DNA of 64,000 bases, taken from positions 32,001 through 96,000 of the IMG/VR virus record IMGVR_UViG_3300020477_000013; one strand, given 5' to 3'. This document shows, one piece after another, positions 38,006-49,300 of the stretch (its first letter is position 1; each line of letters opens with the position of its first letter). Made by a program: the position numbers and the translations under genes. The stretch comes from a virus. Its lineage: Duplodnaviria > Caudoviricetes. The notes beneath the pieces were generated by a model. That model did not search any database and had not been told where the DNA came from. It saw nothing but the letters and a program-made list of their open reading frames with translations.

Positions 38006-39202
38006 ATGGCTAGAACTAAGAAAAACCAAAAAGGGATGGACGATTTTACCTCTGACCTGATAAGCTCTCTAAATAAAGAACATGGTGCAAAAATTGCATA
38101 TAATCTTGCTTATGATGTTTCTCCTACACATGTGAAGAGATGGATAAGCACAGGCTCACGTCAGCTTGATTACATCGTGTCAAATAGAGAAAACGGCGGC
38201 CTTCCAGAGGGTAGAATTGTTGAAATATTTGGCCCCCCGTCAATCGGCAAGTCACATCTTGCAATACAGGTGGCTCGATCGACACAACAGTTGGGGGGTA
38301 TTGTTGTATATATTGATACAGAGAACGCGACAAGCGTAGAAAATCTTTCTTTGTTAGGCGTCGATATTAGTAAAAGGTTTGTTTATGTCGACACCCACTG
38401 TACGGAGGAGGTTTTGTCTATTGCTGAGGCAACCATAATGAAAGCCAAAGCCATGGACAAAGATGTTCCTATTACAATTATTTGGGACTCTGTTGCTGCA
38501 TCCTCACCCAAGGCAGAACTAGTTGGTGATTATGATAAAGACTCCATAGGACTACAGGCCCGCGCTATATCAAAGGGTATGCGAAAGATTACGGGTGTGA
38601 TTGCAAACCAGAATGTTTTGTTTGTGATTTTGAATCAGATACGAACAAAGATTGGCGTTATGTTCGGAGACCCGACGACGACGCCAGGAGGAAAGGCAAT
38701 TCCTTTTCATTCTTCTGTGAGAATTAAGCTGGGTGCAGGGCAGAAGATAGAAAATAAAGAAAAAGAGGTTGTTGGAATTCACGTTTCAGCAAAGACAATA
38801 AAAAACAAGGTATCACCACCCTTTAGGTCCGTGGCTTTTGAAATTCACTTTGGTAAAGGGATCAAGGAGCATGAGCAGATATTTGATCTTCTGAGAAAGA
38901 ATGGTCCTGAGATTATTGGGGGAGAAGAAATTTCCATCTCAGGCGCTAGCGCATGGAAGTGTATTACCGTGTCAAATGCTGAGACCGGTGAGGTAAAACT
39001 AGAGAAGAAATTTCACAAAGCAGACTTCCAAGAGATTATAGACGATAATGTCTTTGGTCCGTATGTCGATGCTATGTTAGGGAAAGTGTTTATAAGATCT
39101 AGCGAGTCACCAGCAGATGTGGAGCTTGACGTCAACTCTTATGAAGAGGTAAGGTCTATATCTATTGATATGAAAGATGAGCTAATTGATCCGGAGGGAT
39201 GA
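38006..39202 (+). CDS. recA: RecA/UvsX recombinase
   Basis: ISTGS..LD...GGLP.GRIVEIFGPPSIGKS (Walker A), IIWDSVAA (Walker B), NQIR.KIGVMFGDPTTTPGGKA..FHSSVR. Confidence 0.95.
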   Translation: MARTKKNQKGMDDFTSDLISSLNKEHGAKIAYNLAYDVSPTHVKRWISTGSRQLDYIVSNRENGGLPEGRIVEIFGPPSIGKSHLAIQVARSTQQLGGIVVYIDTENATSVENLSLLGVDISKRFVYVDTHCTEEVLSIAEATIMKAKAMDKDVPITIIWDSVAASSPKAELVGDYDKDSIGLQARAISKGMRKITGVIANQNVLFVILNQIRTKIGVMFGDPTTTPGGKAIPFHSSVRIKLGAGQKIENKEKEVVGIHVSAKTIKNKVSPPFRSVAFEIHFGKGIKEHEQIFDLLRKNGPEIIGGEEISISGASAWKCITVSNAETGEVKLEKKFHKADFQEIIDDNVFGPYVDAMLGKVFIRSSESPADVELDVNSYEEVRSISIDMKDELIDPEG

Positions 39203-39203
39203 C

Positions 39204-40160
39204 ATGTCTGGCATGCGGCCTGTGATGTTGATAGATGGGCTAAATGTCTACACTAGACACTTTATAGCTAATCCTTCCATGAGTGATTTGGGTCATCATG
39301 TGGGAGGTGTTGTCGGGTTTATGAAGGGGCTACAATTGCTGGCTGACCGGATTAAGCCCCAGGCCATATATGTAGTGTGGGAGGGTGGCGGTTCTCCCCG
39401 CCGCCGGGCAATATATTCAGGTTACAAACAAGGTAGAAAACCCCAGAAGTTGAATCGCTTTTATGGGTCCGATATTCCTGACACGATAGAGAACAGGAAC
39501 TACCAGCTTGTTCTAACAATAGAGCTGTTAAAAAATACTCCCATAAACCAAATATATGTGGGAGATTGTGAAGCAGATGATATCATAGGGTTTCTGGTTA
39601 AAAATCGATTTAAAGACAAAGATATTGTAATAGTGTCATCTGACAAAGATTACTACCAGCTCCTGACAGATAAAGTTACACAGTGGTCACCTGGCCAGAA
39701 AAAATTTATTATGCAAAACGATGTACATAAGAAGTTTCATATACCGGTACATAATTTTTGTACTGTGAGGTGCTTCGTGGGAGATGCATCAGACGGCCTA
39801 GGAGGAATAAAAGGTGCAGGATTTAAGACAATGGCATCAAGGTTTCCTGAGCTAGTATCGGATAAGCATATCTCAGTTAATGACATTATAGAATCCAGCA
39901 TAGAAAAATCAAGTAGTAGTAAACTCAAGCTATATTCTAGAATAACTCAAGATCCTGAAGTTCCATTAAGGAATTGGAAATTGATGTACTTGGACACCAA
40001 GAACTTATCTGCAACTCACATTCAAAAAATTAATGGTGAGATTGATACTTTTGAACCAAGTAGAAATAAGATCAATTTAATGAAAATATTAATGAGAGAA
40101 GGAATACGCACATTTGATGCCGACTCTTTTTTTCTCGCAATTAACTCAGCCATCCAATAG
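39204..40160 (+). CDS. 5'-3' exonuclease/flap endonuclease (Pol I N-terminal / T4 RNase H family)
   Basis: LIDGLN...R..YKQGR...EADDIIG...IVSSDKDYYQL...GDASD...GIKGAG.KT; SD GGAGG before ATG 39204. Confidence 0.9.
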   Translation: MSGMRPVMLIDGLNVYTRHFIANPSMSDLGHHVGGVVGFMKGLQLLADRIKPQAIYVVWEGGGSPRRRAIYSGYKQGRKPQKLNRFYGSDIPDTIENRNYQLVLTIELLKNTPINQIYVGDCEADDIIGFLVKNRFKDKDIVIVSSDKDYYQLLTDKVTQWSPGQKKFIMQNDVHKKFHIPVHNFCTVRCFVGDASDGLGGIKGAGFKTMASRFPELVSDKHISVNDIIESSIEKSSSSKLKLYSRITQDPEVPLRNWKLMYLDTKNLSATHIQKINGEIDTFEPSRNKINLMKILMREGIRTFDADSFFLAINSAIQ

Positions 40161-40166
40161 GGCGAA

Positions 40167-41555
40167 ATGAAATCAGAAATTATTAATTCATCGACAGCGA
40201 ATTTCAGTCAATATGGTAAGGTGTTTCAAGAGAAAATTTTCCAAGGCTTATTAACCGACCATCGGTGGTCAGCCCAGATGTTCGAGGTGATGAAGCCTGA
40301 TTTTTTTGATGTAAAATCGTTAGCATATCTCACAATGAGATATTTCTCATATTACGAGAAATATAAGTGTTTTCCCACAATGCCTTTGCTTATAACGATT
40401 ATCAAGGAGGACTTGGGAAACAGCGATGACGCTATCTTAAAAGATCAAATAGTCGAATTCCTGTATCGGATTAAAATGAATCCTGATATGGGTGATATAG
40501 AGTATGTTAAAGATAAGTCGCTCGATTTTTGTAAGAGGCAGGCTTTTAGAGATGCTCTAGAGCAAGCTGTAGAGTTAATCCAGACAGATAAATTTGAAAG
40601 TGTTGTAGGGTTAATGAAAGAAGCAGTCTCTATTGGCCTTCCCCATAACACAGGCCATGATTTCTTTGAAGATGCTGATGCTAGGTTTATAAAGATTAAC
40701 AGGCAGGTTTGCCCTACAGGAATAAATCGCCTAGATGCAAAAGATATTTTGAACGGCGGCCTAGGTAGGGGAGAAATAGGCGTTGTCACCGCAAATACCG
40801 GTGTAGGAAAATCTCATTGGCTAGTTGCCATGGGTGCAAATGCAATGAGGGTTGGGAAAAACGTACTACATTATACCTTTGAACTATCAGAGCATGCAGT
40901 CGCGTTAAGGTATGATTCTAACTTGTGCGGAATTCCTAGCAACGAAGTTCAAGATCATAAAGAAGAAGTTTTAAAAAGATATGAGGGATTGGAGCTTGGC
41001 AGGCTTATAATTAAAGAATACCCTACTGGGTCGGCATCTTCTGTTACGATAAGGAATCATATCGAGAAATTAATGCTGCGTGGATTTATGCCTAGCTTAA
41101 TTGTTATTGATTATGCCGATATTATGAGATCTACCAAGAGCTATGATTCTTTGAGACATGAGTTGAAATTAATTTACGAAGAGCTTAGAAATTTATCCAT
41201 GGATTTAAATGTGCCGATTTGGACGGCTTCACAAGCCAACAGGGACTCAGCGAATTCAGAGATAGTTGGGCTTGAGAACATGTCTGAGGCATATGGAAAG
41301 GCGATGGTCGCAGATGTTGTTGTGTCTTTGTCTCGTAGGGCGATGGAGAAATCGACGGGGGCAGGAAGATTATTTGTCGCGAAAAATCGGGCTGGAAAAG
41401 ATGGCCTCGTTTTTCCTGTTCACATTGACACATCACGATCTATAATCAAGATAGTTGACGAGTCAGAATTGACGCTGCGGGAGGCAACACAAAATGATGA
41501 AAGCGAATTGAAGGCTATGCTTAAGAAGAAGTGGAAGGAAGTAAGCAAGATATAA
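40167..41555 (+). CDS. dnaB: DnaB-like replicative helicase (gp41-like)
   Basis: GEIGVVTANTGVGKS (Walker A), LIIKEYPTG, IVIDYADIM, PIWTASQANR, KNRAG. Confidence 0.92.
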   Translation: MKSEIINSSTANFSQYGKVFQEKIFQGLLTDHRWSAQMFEVMKPDFFDVKSLAYLTMRYFSYYEKYKCFPTMPLLITIIKEDLGNSDDAILKDQIVEFLYRIKMNPDMGDIEYVKDKSLDFCKRQAFRDALEQAVELIQTDKFESVVGLMKEAVSIGLPHNTGHDFFEDADARFIKINRQVCPTGINRLDAKDILNGGLGRGEIGVVTANTGVGKSHWLVAMGANAMRVGKNVLHYTFELSEHAVALRYDSNLCGIPSNEVQDHKEEVLKRYEGLELGRLIIKEYPTGSASSVTIRNHIEKLMLRGFMPSLIVIDYADIMRSTKSYDSLRHELKLIYEELRNLSMDLNVPIWTASQANRDSANSEIVGLENMSEAYGKAMVADVVVSLSRRAMEKSTGAGRLFVAKNRAGKDGLVFPVHIDTSRSIIKIVDESELTLREATQNDESELKAMLKKKWKEVSKI

Positions 41556-41574
41556 TTTTTTTAAGGGGAGAGTA

Positions 41575-44061
41575 ATGTTTAAATTTGAGGAAGCTGTCAG
41601 AGAATCTTCTGAGTATTTTTGTAATGACGAACTAGCTGCGAACGTTTTTATTACGAAATATGCTCTTACTGACAAGCACGGTAATTTGCATGAAAAGACA
41701 CCTGATGATATGCATCGCCGTTTAGCACGTGAATTTGCACGAGTAGAATCTACCTACCCCAACCCACTAAGCGAAGAAGAAATATATGGATTATTTAAAG
41801 ATTTCAGGTTTATAATCCCGCAGGGTTCTCCCATGTCGGGAATAGGAAACCCGTATCAAGTTCAGTCAATTTCTAACTGTTTTGTAATTGAGTCTCCGCA
41901 CGATTCATATGGGGGAATTCTCAAGGCAGATCAAGAGCTAGTCCAGATAGCAAAGAGAAGGGGAGGTGTGGGATTCGATCTTTCCACGATTAGACCACAT
42001 GGAGTCGCGACTGCAAACTGTGCAAAGACGACTGACGGTATCGAGGTATTCATGGACCGTTTTTCAAATTCATGTCGTGAAGTTGCACAAAATGGTCGCC
42101 GCGGCGCCTTAATGCTTTCAATCTCTGTCCATCACCCCCAGATTTGTGATTTTATAAAAATCAAGCGTGATCTAACTAGGGTGACTGGTGCAAATATTTC
42201 TGTTCGCCTATCTGACGAGTTTTTGAATGCCGTCGAGGCCGGTACCGATGTTGAGTTGAGGTTCCCTGTCGACAGTAAAGAGCCATTGATATCTAAGAAT
42301 GTAGATGCATTAGAGCTGTGGGATCAAATTATCGAGAATGCTCATGCATGTGCTGAGCCTGGCCTTTTGTTTTGGGATACTGCGACATCTATGACACCAT
42401 CTGATGTGTATAAAGATGAAGGTTTTGGTTCTACCTCAACTAACCCATGCGGTGAAATTATCCTGTCACCGTATGATAGTTGCCGGCTCATGGTGGTTAA
42501 CCTATTGTCTTTTGTTGATAATCCGTATACCGATAATGCAAGTTTCAATTATGAAAAAATGGCCGAAGTAGTCCAGAAGGCACAGAGACTAATGGATGAC
42601 ATGATTGACTTGGAGGTAGAGCAAGTTGAAAAGATACTTACGAAGATTGACATGGACCCTGAACCTGACGAGGTAAAACAGATTGAAAAAGACTTGTGGG
42701 AAAATATTAAGACTCAGGCAATCTTAGGTCGTAGAACAGGCCTAGGCGTAACAGCAGTAGGAGATGCCCTTGCTGCTTTAGGTATTCGATATGGGTCTAG
42801 TGACTCTATTGAGGTTGTAGAGTTATTTTATAAAACCCTGGCTGTGAATGCTTACCGCTCTTCTTGTATTATGGCAAAAGAGCGCGGTTCTTTTGAGATG
42901 CACGATCATAACAAAGAAAGAAACCACCCTTTTTTAGAGCGGATATTTGAGGCTGCACCTGACGTTAGAGAGATGAGTAAAAAATATGGTCGCAGAAATA
43001 TTGCTCTCACTACAACTGCACCTGCTGGATCTGTGTCCGTTTTGACCCAGACTACATCAGGGATCGAGCCGGCTTTTATGCTCCACTATACACGCCGCAA
43101 GAAGCTAACTGAAAATGATGCAGATGGCCGTGTGGATTTTGTCGATGAGAGCGGTGATCGATGGCAAGAGTATAACGTCTACCACCATGGGTTTAAGAAG
43201 TGGATGGAGGCCTTTGGCGCTGGTGGAGATGAGGCCACGAATAATGAGAAGCTTGTCGAGATGAGCCCGTATAACGGTGCAACTGCAAATGAGATAGATT
43301 GGGTTGCGAAAGTTAAGATGCAGGCTGCGGCTCAAAAATGGGTTTGTCATGCGATTTCTAATACAACAAATCTACCAGCAGATGTTGACATAGAGACAGT
43401 AAAGGACGTTTATTTAACTGGATGGAAGTTAGGGTGCAAGGGAGTAACTGTCTATAGGGACGGATCTAGGGCTGGTGTTCTTGTGGGCGCTAGCAACGAG
43501 TCCGGAAGTGAATTTACGACGCAAGAAGCTCCATCTCGCCCTGATGAGTTAAAATGCTCTATTCATCATGCTAGTATTAAGGGTGAGGCATGGACAATAT
43601 TGGTCGGGCTCATGGATGGGCGTCCGTATGAGGTTATGGGGGGCCTGCAGAAATATATCGAAATACCCAAGAAATACAGGAAAGGTACAATTATTAAGCA
43701 TCATTACAAGACAAAAAATTCCCGCTATGACCTACGTATAGGAAAGAATGGTGATGAAATTTTGATTAAAGATATAGTCTCGGTGTTTGATAATCCTAAC
43801 CATGCAGGATTTACAAGGACGATATCGCTAGCTCTTCGGCATGGTGCACCCTTGCAATATATCGTAGAGCAGCTTCAAAAAGACAGGGAAATGGATATGT
43901 TTTCGTTCTCCCGTGTCATTGCCAGGGTTTTGAAAAACTATATCAAGGATGGTACGCTTCCGGGTAAGACGACTTGTTCAAATTGTGGTGCAGAAGAGTC
44001 GCTAGTGTATCAAGAAGGGTGCGTAATGTGTACTGCCTGTGGCAGCGGTAAATGTGGGTAA
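41575..44061 (+). CDS. nrdJ: class II (adenosylcobalamin-dependent) ribonucleotide reductase
   Basis: SNCFV, RRGGVG.D.S.IRP, TNPCGEI, RRTGLG, TAPAGS, GCKG.TVYRDGSR, C-terminal Zn ribbon CSNC...C..CG.GKC; no NrdB partner nearby. Confidence 0.9.
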   Translation: MFKFEEAVRESSEYFCNDELAANVFITKYALTDKHGNLHEKTPDDMHRRLAREFARVESTYPNPLSEEEIYGLFKDFRFIIPQGSPMSGIGNPYQVQSISNCFVIESPHDSYGGILKADQELVQIAKRRGGVGFDLSTIRPHGVATANCAKTTDGIEVFMDRFSNSCREVAQNGRRGALMLSISVHHPQICDFIKIKRDLTRVTGANISVRLSDEFLNAVEAGTDVELRFPVDSKEPLISKNVDALELWDQIIENAHACAEPGLLFWDTATSMTPSDVYKDEGFGSTSTNPCGEIILSPYDSCRLMVVNLLSFVDNPYTDNASFNYEKMAEVVQKAQRLMDDMIDLEVEQVEKILTKIDMDPEPDEVKQIEKDLWENIKTQAILGRRTGLGVTAVGDALAALGIRYGSSDSIEVVELFYKTLAVNAYRSSCIMAKERGSFEMHDHNKERNHPFLERIFEAAPDVREMSKKYGRRNIALTTTAPAGSVSVLTQTTSGIEPAFMLHYTRRKKLTENDADGRVDFVDESGDRWQEYNVYHHGFKKWMEAFGAGGDEATNNEKLVEMSPYNGATANEIDWVAKVKMQAAAQKWVCHAISNTTNLPADVDIETVKDVYLTGWKLGCKGVTVYRDGSRAGVLVGASNESGSEFTTQEAPSRPDELKCSIHHASIKGEAWTILVGLMDGRPYEVMGGLQKYIEIPKKYRKGTIIKHHYKTKNSRYDLRIGKNGDEILIKDIVSVFDNPNHAGFTRTISLALRHGAPLQYIVEQLQKDREMDMFSFSRVIARVLKNYIKDGTLPGKTTCSNCGAEESLVYQEGCVMCTACGSGKCG

Positions 44062-44082
44062 AGGAAAAAAAGAGGTTAGCAG

Positions 44083-44685
44083 ATGAAGTGGGTTTCCAAA
44101 ATATCAGGTTTAATAAAAGAGATAGAGTTAAGAAAAAGCCCGGTGATTATTAGGGTTAATAAATTCGATGAAGAGTCTGCAAAGAAATTTTCACAAGAGA
44201 TGGCATTAGCACATAATACTGGGCAAAAAGTTATTCCCGTTGTAATTGATTCTTACGGGGGCCAAGTTTATTCACTTATGTCAATGATAGCTGCTATTAG
44301 AGATGCTGAGATTCCTGTTGCGACTATAGTCGAAGGAAAGGCGATGTCTTGCGGTGCAGTGCTGCTATCTTTTGGGGAAGACGGATTACGGTTTGCTGAT
44401 CCCCATGCAACGGTAATGATACATGATGTCTCTAGCGGGATGTATGGAAAGGTCGAGGAGCTCAAGGCCGATGTTAAAGAGGCTGAAAGGCTAGACGAAA
44501 AGATATACACAATGATGGCACGAAACTGTGGTAAGAAAGATGACTATTTCAAAAAGAAGGTCTTCAATAAAAAACATGCAGATTGGTTTATGGACGCTGA
44601 AGAAGCAAAGCGTCATGGCTTAGTTAACCACTTAAGGATACCAAAGCTTACAATTGCTGTCGATGTCAGTATAGAGATGGAGTAG
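44083..44685 (+). CDS. clpP: ClpP-family serine protease
   Basis: IDSYGGQV, GKAMSCG (catalytic Ser), MIHD (His), WFMDAEEA...GLV. Confidence 0.88.
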   Translation: MKWVSKISGLIKEIELRKSPVIIRVNKFDEESAKKFSQEMALAHNTGQKVIPVVIDSYGGQVYSLMSMIAAIRDAEIPVATIVEGKAMSCGAVLLSFGEDGLRFADPHATVMIHDVSSGMYGKVEELKADVKEAERLDEKIYTMMARNCGKKDDYFKKKVFNKKHADWFMDAEEAKRHGLVNHLRIPKLTIAVDVSIEME

Positions 44686-44688
44686 CAT

Positions 44689-45591
44689 ATGTTCGGTATG
44701 ATGAGAAAGATATCATATAACAAAAAGTCATCTAAAAAATTAGGTTGGCGCCCTTTCTGGTTTGGGGAAGATGATTTTAGTTCCACATTAATAAAAAAGA
44801 TTAAAGAATTTCAGGAGAGCCATGATCTTAAACCAGATGGCTTGTGCGGAGATGTTACATTTCGCCGTATATATTCTGAGCAAGAGTCCTCTAAGGACGA
44901 AGATACCGGATCACAAATTATAGTCGAGGGAATTCCTATATCGATTCCGTGGGATAAAGTCGTTTCTATAGAGGATCCGGATAATCTTTCATTACCGAGA
45001 AGTTGCTATCGTCATCGAGACAGGCCTGACCCAACACAAATTGTGACGCATTTTGATGTTTGTCTTAGCGCGGCATCATGTAAGCGAGTGTTACAAAAAA
45101 GGGGCCTGTCTAGCCATTTTGTGATTGATAATGACGGTACGATATACCAGATGGTCGATACCGCATATGAGGCATGGCATGCCCCACCCTCGAATAAGAG
45201 AAGTATCGGTATCGACATAAGTAATGCATATTATGTCAAGTACAATAAAACCTATAAGTCTAGGGGGTTTGGGCTCCGCCCTGTTTTAAAAAATCTACCC
45301 TTGCATGGTACAAAGATTAAGGAGTGCCTGGGGTTTTATGATGTTCAAATAGAGGCGTACAAGGTATTACTTAACACACTTTGTGATTTTTATAAGATCC
45401 CAAAAGAGTGTCCGCTAGATGATAATGGAGATCTTCTGAGGGGCGTGTCGAAGGATGCACGGTCCGGGAAGTTTAAGGGCATTGTTTGCCATTATCATTT
45501 AACGAGAAAAAAAATTGACTGTGTTAATTTAGAGTTAAAGCAAGTGTTAGACGAAATGAAGGTCTCCGGTATGAGCAACGATGAAGCCTGA
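44689..45591 (+). CDS. N-acetylmuramoyl-L-alanine amidase with a peptidoglycan-binding domain (endolysin candidate)
   Basis: FQ..H.L.PDGLCG..T (PG-binding), IVTHFD, SSHFVIDNDGTIYQ.VD....AWHA, SIGIDISN, VCHYH. Confidence 0.85.
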   Translation: MFGMMRKISYNKKSSKKLGWRPFWFGEDDFSSTLIKKIKEFQESHDLKPDGLCGDVTFRRIYSEQESSKDEDTGSQIIVEGIPISIPWDKVVSIEDPDNLSLPRSCYRHRDRPDPTQIVTHFDVCLSAASCKRVLQKRGLSSHFVIDNDGTIYQMVDTAYEAWHAPPSNKRSIGIDISNAYYVKYNKTYKSRGFGLRPVLKNLPLHGTKIKECLGFYDVQIEAYKVLLNTLCDFYKIPKECPLDDNGDLLRGVSKDARSGKFKGIVCHYHLTRKKIDCVNLELKQVLDEMKVSGMSNDEA

Positions 45592-46291
45592 ACTAAGGGT
45601 TGAGTTATATGATGACGGCATAGGGGCTGTTGAGTATGTTTCTCATATGGGTGATGATTTAACGATCGTGAATGCAGCACGTGTGTCTTTTGGCAAGCAC
45701 AAGGAAATACTTGATCAAAAAGATGCTAAGCTGATTAGGTATTTAATCAAACATCGTCATACGTCGACGCTGGAGCATAACATTGTCACTTTTCGCTTTA
45801 CTGTACCTCTTTTCATTCGCAGTCAGCATCATCGTCATCGCACTTGGAGCTACAACGAGATCTCTAGACGGTACACGGACGTTGATATCAAATTCTATGA
45901 AACAAAAGCACTCAGGACTCAACATGCATCAAACCGTCAGGCTTCGAATCCGAATGTTTTGCAAGACCCTATTATAGACCCTGGTGGAATAAGCGGCGGG
46001 AATCATGCCAGCTACCTAATTTCATCTCATCACTCTTCTTCTTTGAGGCTATATAATAAACTACTCGACAATGGCGTCTGTAGAGAACAGGCTCGTGGCA
46101 TTTTGCCCCAAAATATGTACACACAATATTATGGTACTGTGAATTTGAATAACCTGATAAAATTTGTAGAGCTGAGATCGCATGAGGGTGCACAATGGGA
46201 GATTCAGCGTGTCGCTGCTGCATGCATACAAATAGCATCTAGCTTGTGGCCTGAAACAATTTGCGCCTACAAAGAGATTAGGGAAATTTAG
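45581..46291 (+). CDS. thyX: FAD-dependent thymidylate synthase
   Basis: IVNAARVSF, H.STLEH, RSQHHRHRTWSYNEISRRY, EQARGILPQ, AQWEI. Confidence 0.95.
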   Translation: MKPELRVELYDDGIGAVEYVSHMGDDLTIVNAARVSFGKHKEILDQKDAKLIRYLIKHRHTSTLEHNIVTFRFTVPLFIRSQHHRHRTWSYNEISRRYTDVDIKFYETKALRTQHASNRQASNPNVLQDPIIDPGGISGGNHASYLISSHHSSSLRLYNKLLDNGVCREQARGILPQNMYTQYYGTVNLNNLIKFVELRSHEGAQWEIQRVAAACIQIASSLWPETICAYKEIREI

Positions 46292-46329
46292 CCTGTGGAT
46301 TGATAATTATTTCAAGCCCGGGGTGTACG

Positions 46330-49300
46330 GTGAGTTCAGAATTTGCTAGTCTCATAAGAAAATATATTGCAGAAGCCAATGATTATTCATGGGATGTTTC
46401 TAACCGCAAAAATATGTTGCTAGATCAACCTGGGATGGAGCAGGAAGATAAGGATAACACTGAGGAGTACCTAAAGTCAATGGGCTTGATGGAAAATATC
46501 ATCGCTCTTTACTTAAGGGGTATTTTAAGTGAGAAAGAACTACGCGGCCAAAAGAGCAAGCGTACACTCTACCACATTGGCAAACGACCAGCAGAGCCGA
46601 AGCCTGCTGAGCGCTGGGGTGCAAAAGGTGAGGAGGGCTGGTCTAGAGACTGGATAGAGGGCCCTGTTAAGTCTGGAGTTTTTTTAACACCCAATCCAAC
46701 AGATATTGCCTGGAATCACGGCGTCAGCGGCAATGTGTATGCCTATAAGGTTCCACAATGGGTTATTGAAAAATCAGGAGGTGTGAACCGTTTTGATACA
46801 GGCTCAGAGATCCTCATATCACAAGAGATATGGGAAGAGGCTGGGGATGAGATAGAATTCTTAGGCAAGACTATGGGCAAAGATGAGTTATGGGACTCGG
46901 TTGACTCGTCTTATTACAGCTCGAAGCAAAAGAAGGGTGTACGTGGCGCACACAAGCATGATGACGGTGCATCTAGCATCTCAGGGCTTAGATCAACCAA
47001 CCACCCCGAAGCTGCGATCAAGATGATGTCTCAAGAAGAGATCGAGAAAGCCCTAGCAAAATTTGAAAATGAGTACGCACAGGAGGGCCCTGCGGAGGTG
47101 GTCAAGGGCCCGCGAGATAAAAAAGGGCTCGTCATCCCCTACCTTGGCAAGCAACCAAGGGGTAAAGACAAAGAGCTTATTGATCTTCTCAACAAGTACA
47201 TGAAGGAGTCGGTTGTTCGACAGTATATAAAGGATCTGCTTGTAGAGGTCCCACTTGATGACTTTGAGTATGTTTCCAAAGACCACGACGATGTAATGGT
47301 CCGAGAAGAGGTTGCTGATTATTTCAAAGCGATACCACAGAGTGTCAACATCTACGTCGCACATACAGACGATCTTAGCTGGGCACATAGGCTGCCAAAC
47401 GAAATACAGGGCAAGGTATCCGGATTTAAAAGTCGAGGCCAGGTCACCCTTACTGATATTTCAAACATCGGAGAGCTATATCCTCAGATACAGAGGGCTA
47501 TGCACCCAGAAGGAATCAATCTTCTCTACGTCTACCCTAAATCTTTTGAAGTTCCTGCCGGCGGTGATACATTCATTGCTGATGTCAACCCCCACTATTT
47601 GGCTCACGATCTTCATCACATGCTTGAGAATGCCCCCGGCCGTGAAAGAGGAGAAAAAGACAAATTCACTTCTCTTATAAAAGAGTATCTGATGGAGCTG
47701 GTCTGGCTGTCTCACGGTGGCGGGTCGGTGGAAGCTGAGCAAGTGCGAGATACAATGCGGAGAACCGGCCGGCGTCTTGGGGTTGCAAATACAAACCTCT
47801 TGATGAGTGAACTGTTTCCAGGCATCAAACTACCCAGTGGTGACTTCGATCTATTTGGTGATGTCTTTGCTGACTACCTGAAGAACGATGGAAACTTAGT
47901 CCTCGGCGTTCCAGAGCAGCTCGATTATGATGGCACAGTCATTGAATTGAATCCCGGCTCTAAGCACGATCAACGAGCGCAGCAATACGAAAAGAAATTT
48001 AAAGATCTGTTCAATGCAGTATTGGATCCGCTCAAGGGAAAGGTGGCAATGTTCAACATCTTCGAGGTCGAACACCGCGAAGTAGAGCGTGCAAGGAAAC
48101 AAGCCGAAGAGAAAATGCAAGCTGACCATGGCCAACTCATCGACCACATTAAGTCTATGGGCGGAGAGTTTAAGTACTTCGACGAAAGCCACAGAGAAGA
48201 GGGTGTCGAGGAGTTGATATTTGACACCGGTCTCAAGCCTGAAAAGCCGGTCTATGGGATCGAAGAGTTCACCCAACAATTTCCAGAAGAGGCGGCTGGC
48301 ATTGAGGCTTTGGGCTACAAGATAACGAGTGCCTTTGACGGGTTCGGGGGTAGCTCTGTGGAGATTAGGCTGAAGATGGCAGGCATCAAAGAGAGCGTTT
48401 TAAGAAAATATATAAGGCAACTACTCAAAGAAGACCCCATGGGCTTTGTTCACGACCTAGCAGCCTCGGATAAGTTCGGCGATCAGTTTAGGGGTGGCCA
48501 AGTTGGTAAAGATGCTGGTCGAGATATCAAGCGCGCTTTCAACAAAAACGCAGACCACCAATTTCTCAGCACGCTGGATACAGTTCACTGGTTTTACACT
48601 GTTTACGACTTAGAGCCCTTGGTAGGAAAAGGTAAAGATGAACTTTCTGCAACAATGACGCTCCCCGGAGATAGCTTTGACCCAGCCGGTCTTCCATACG
48701 GGCTATGGATTAAGGGCAGAATAACACTGGCTACTAATGAACAAGATAAGATGTACTCCGGATTTTATGGGGACTATGGCGCCGGCTATGAAGGATCAGA
48801 AGAGGAAGTTGCTCATAGAGACCGGTCTTCTGGCAGAAATAAACGGCCATCTGTATCAAAAGATTACAGTCGATACGGCCAGCTCGAACGCGGAAATGAA
48901 TACATGGAGAAGATGGCAAGAGATGGTATTCCCTATATCTTAGATCAGTCAACATGGAATCCAGGTAAGACCAGGTCTAATAATGAGGCGCTGGTAGATA
49001 ATTGGAGGCCTATAGGGATCATTGTTGCAAAGAACGACGTTATAAAAGCTATTCTCAAAGCAGCCAAGAAACTTGCTGGAGAAGGTGGTACCCCACCGAG
49101 CGGTAATATTGCCAAAGACATTAATTATTTTTCGACTGGTGTGACACAAGAGATCATACTAGCAGCCCTACAGTTGGGCGTTCCGATTTATGACACGAGT
49201 CGAACAAAGCTATGGGGCCCTCCCACACACCAGAGTGGAACACAAAAAGAGCTCCGCCAGTACGTAAGAGGGCAGTTAATTTTAGAAGATCGAATCCTCC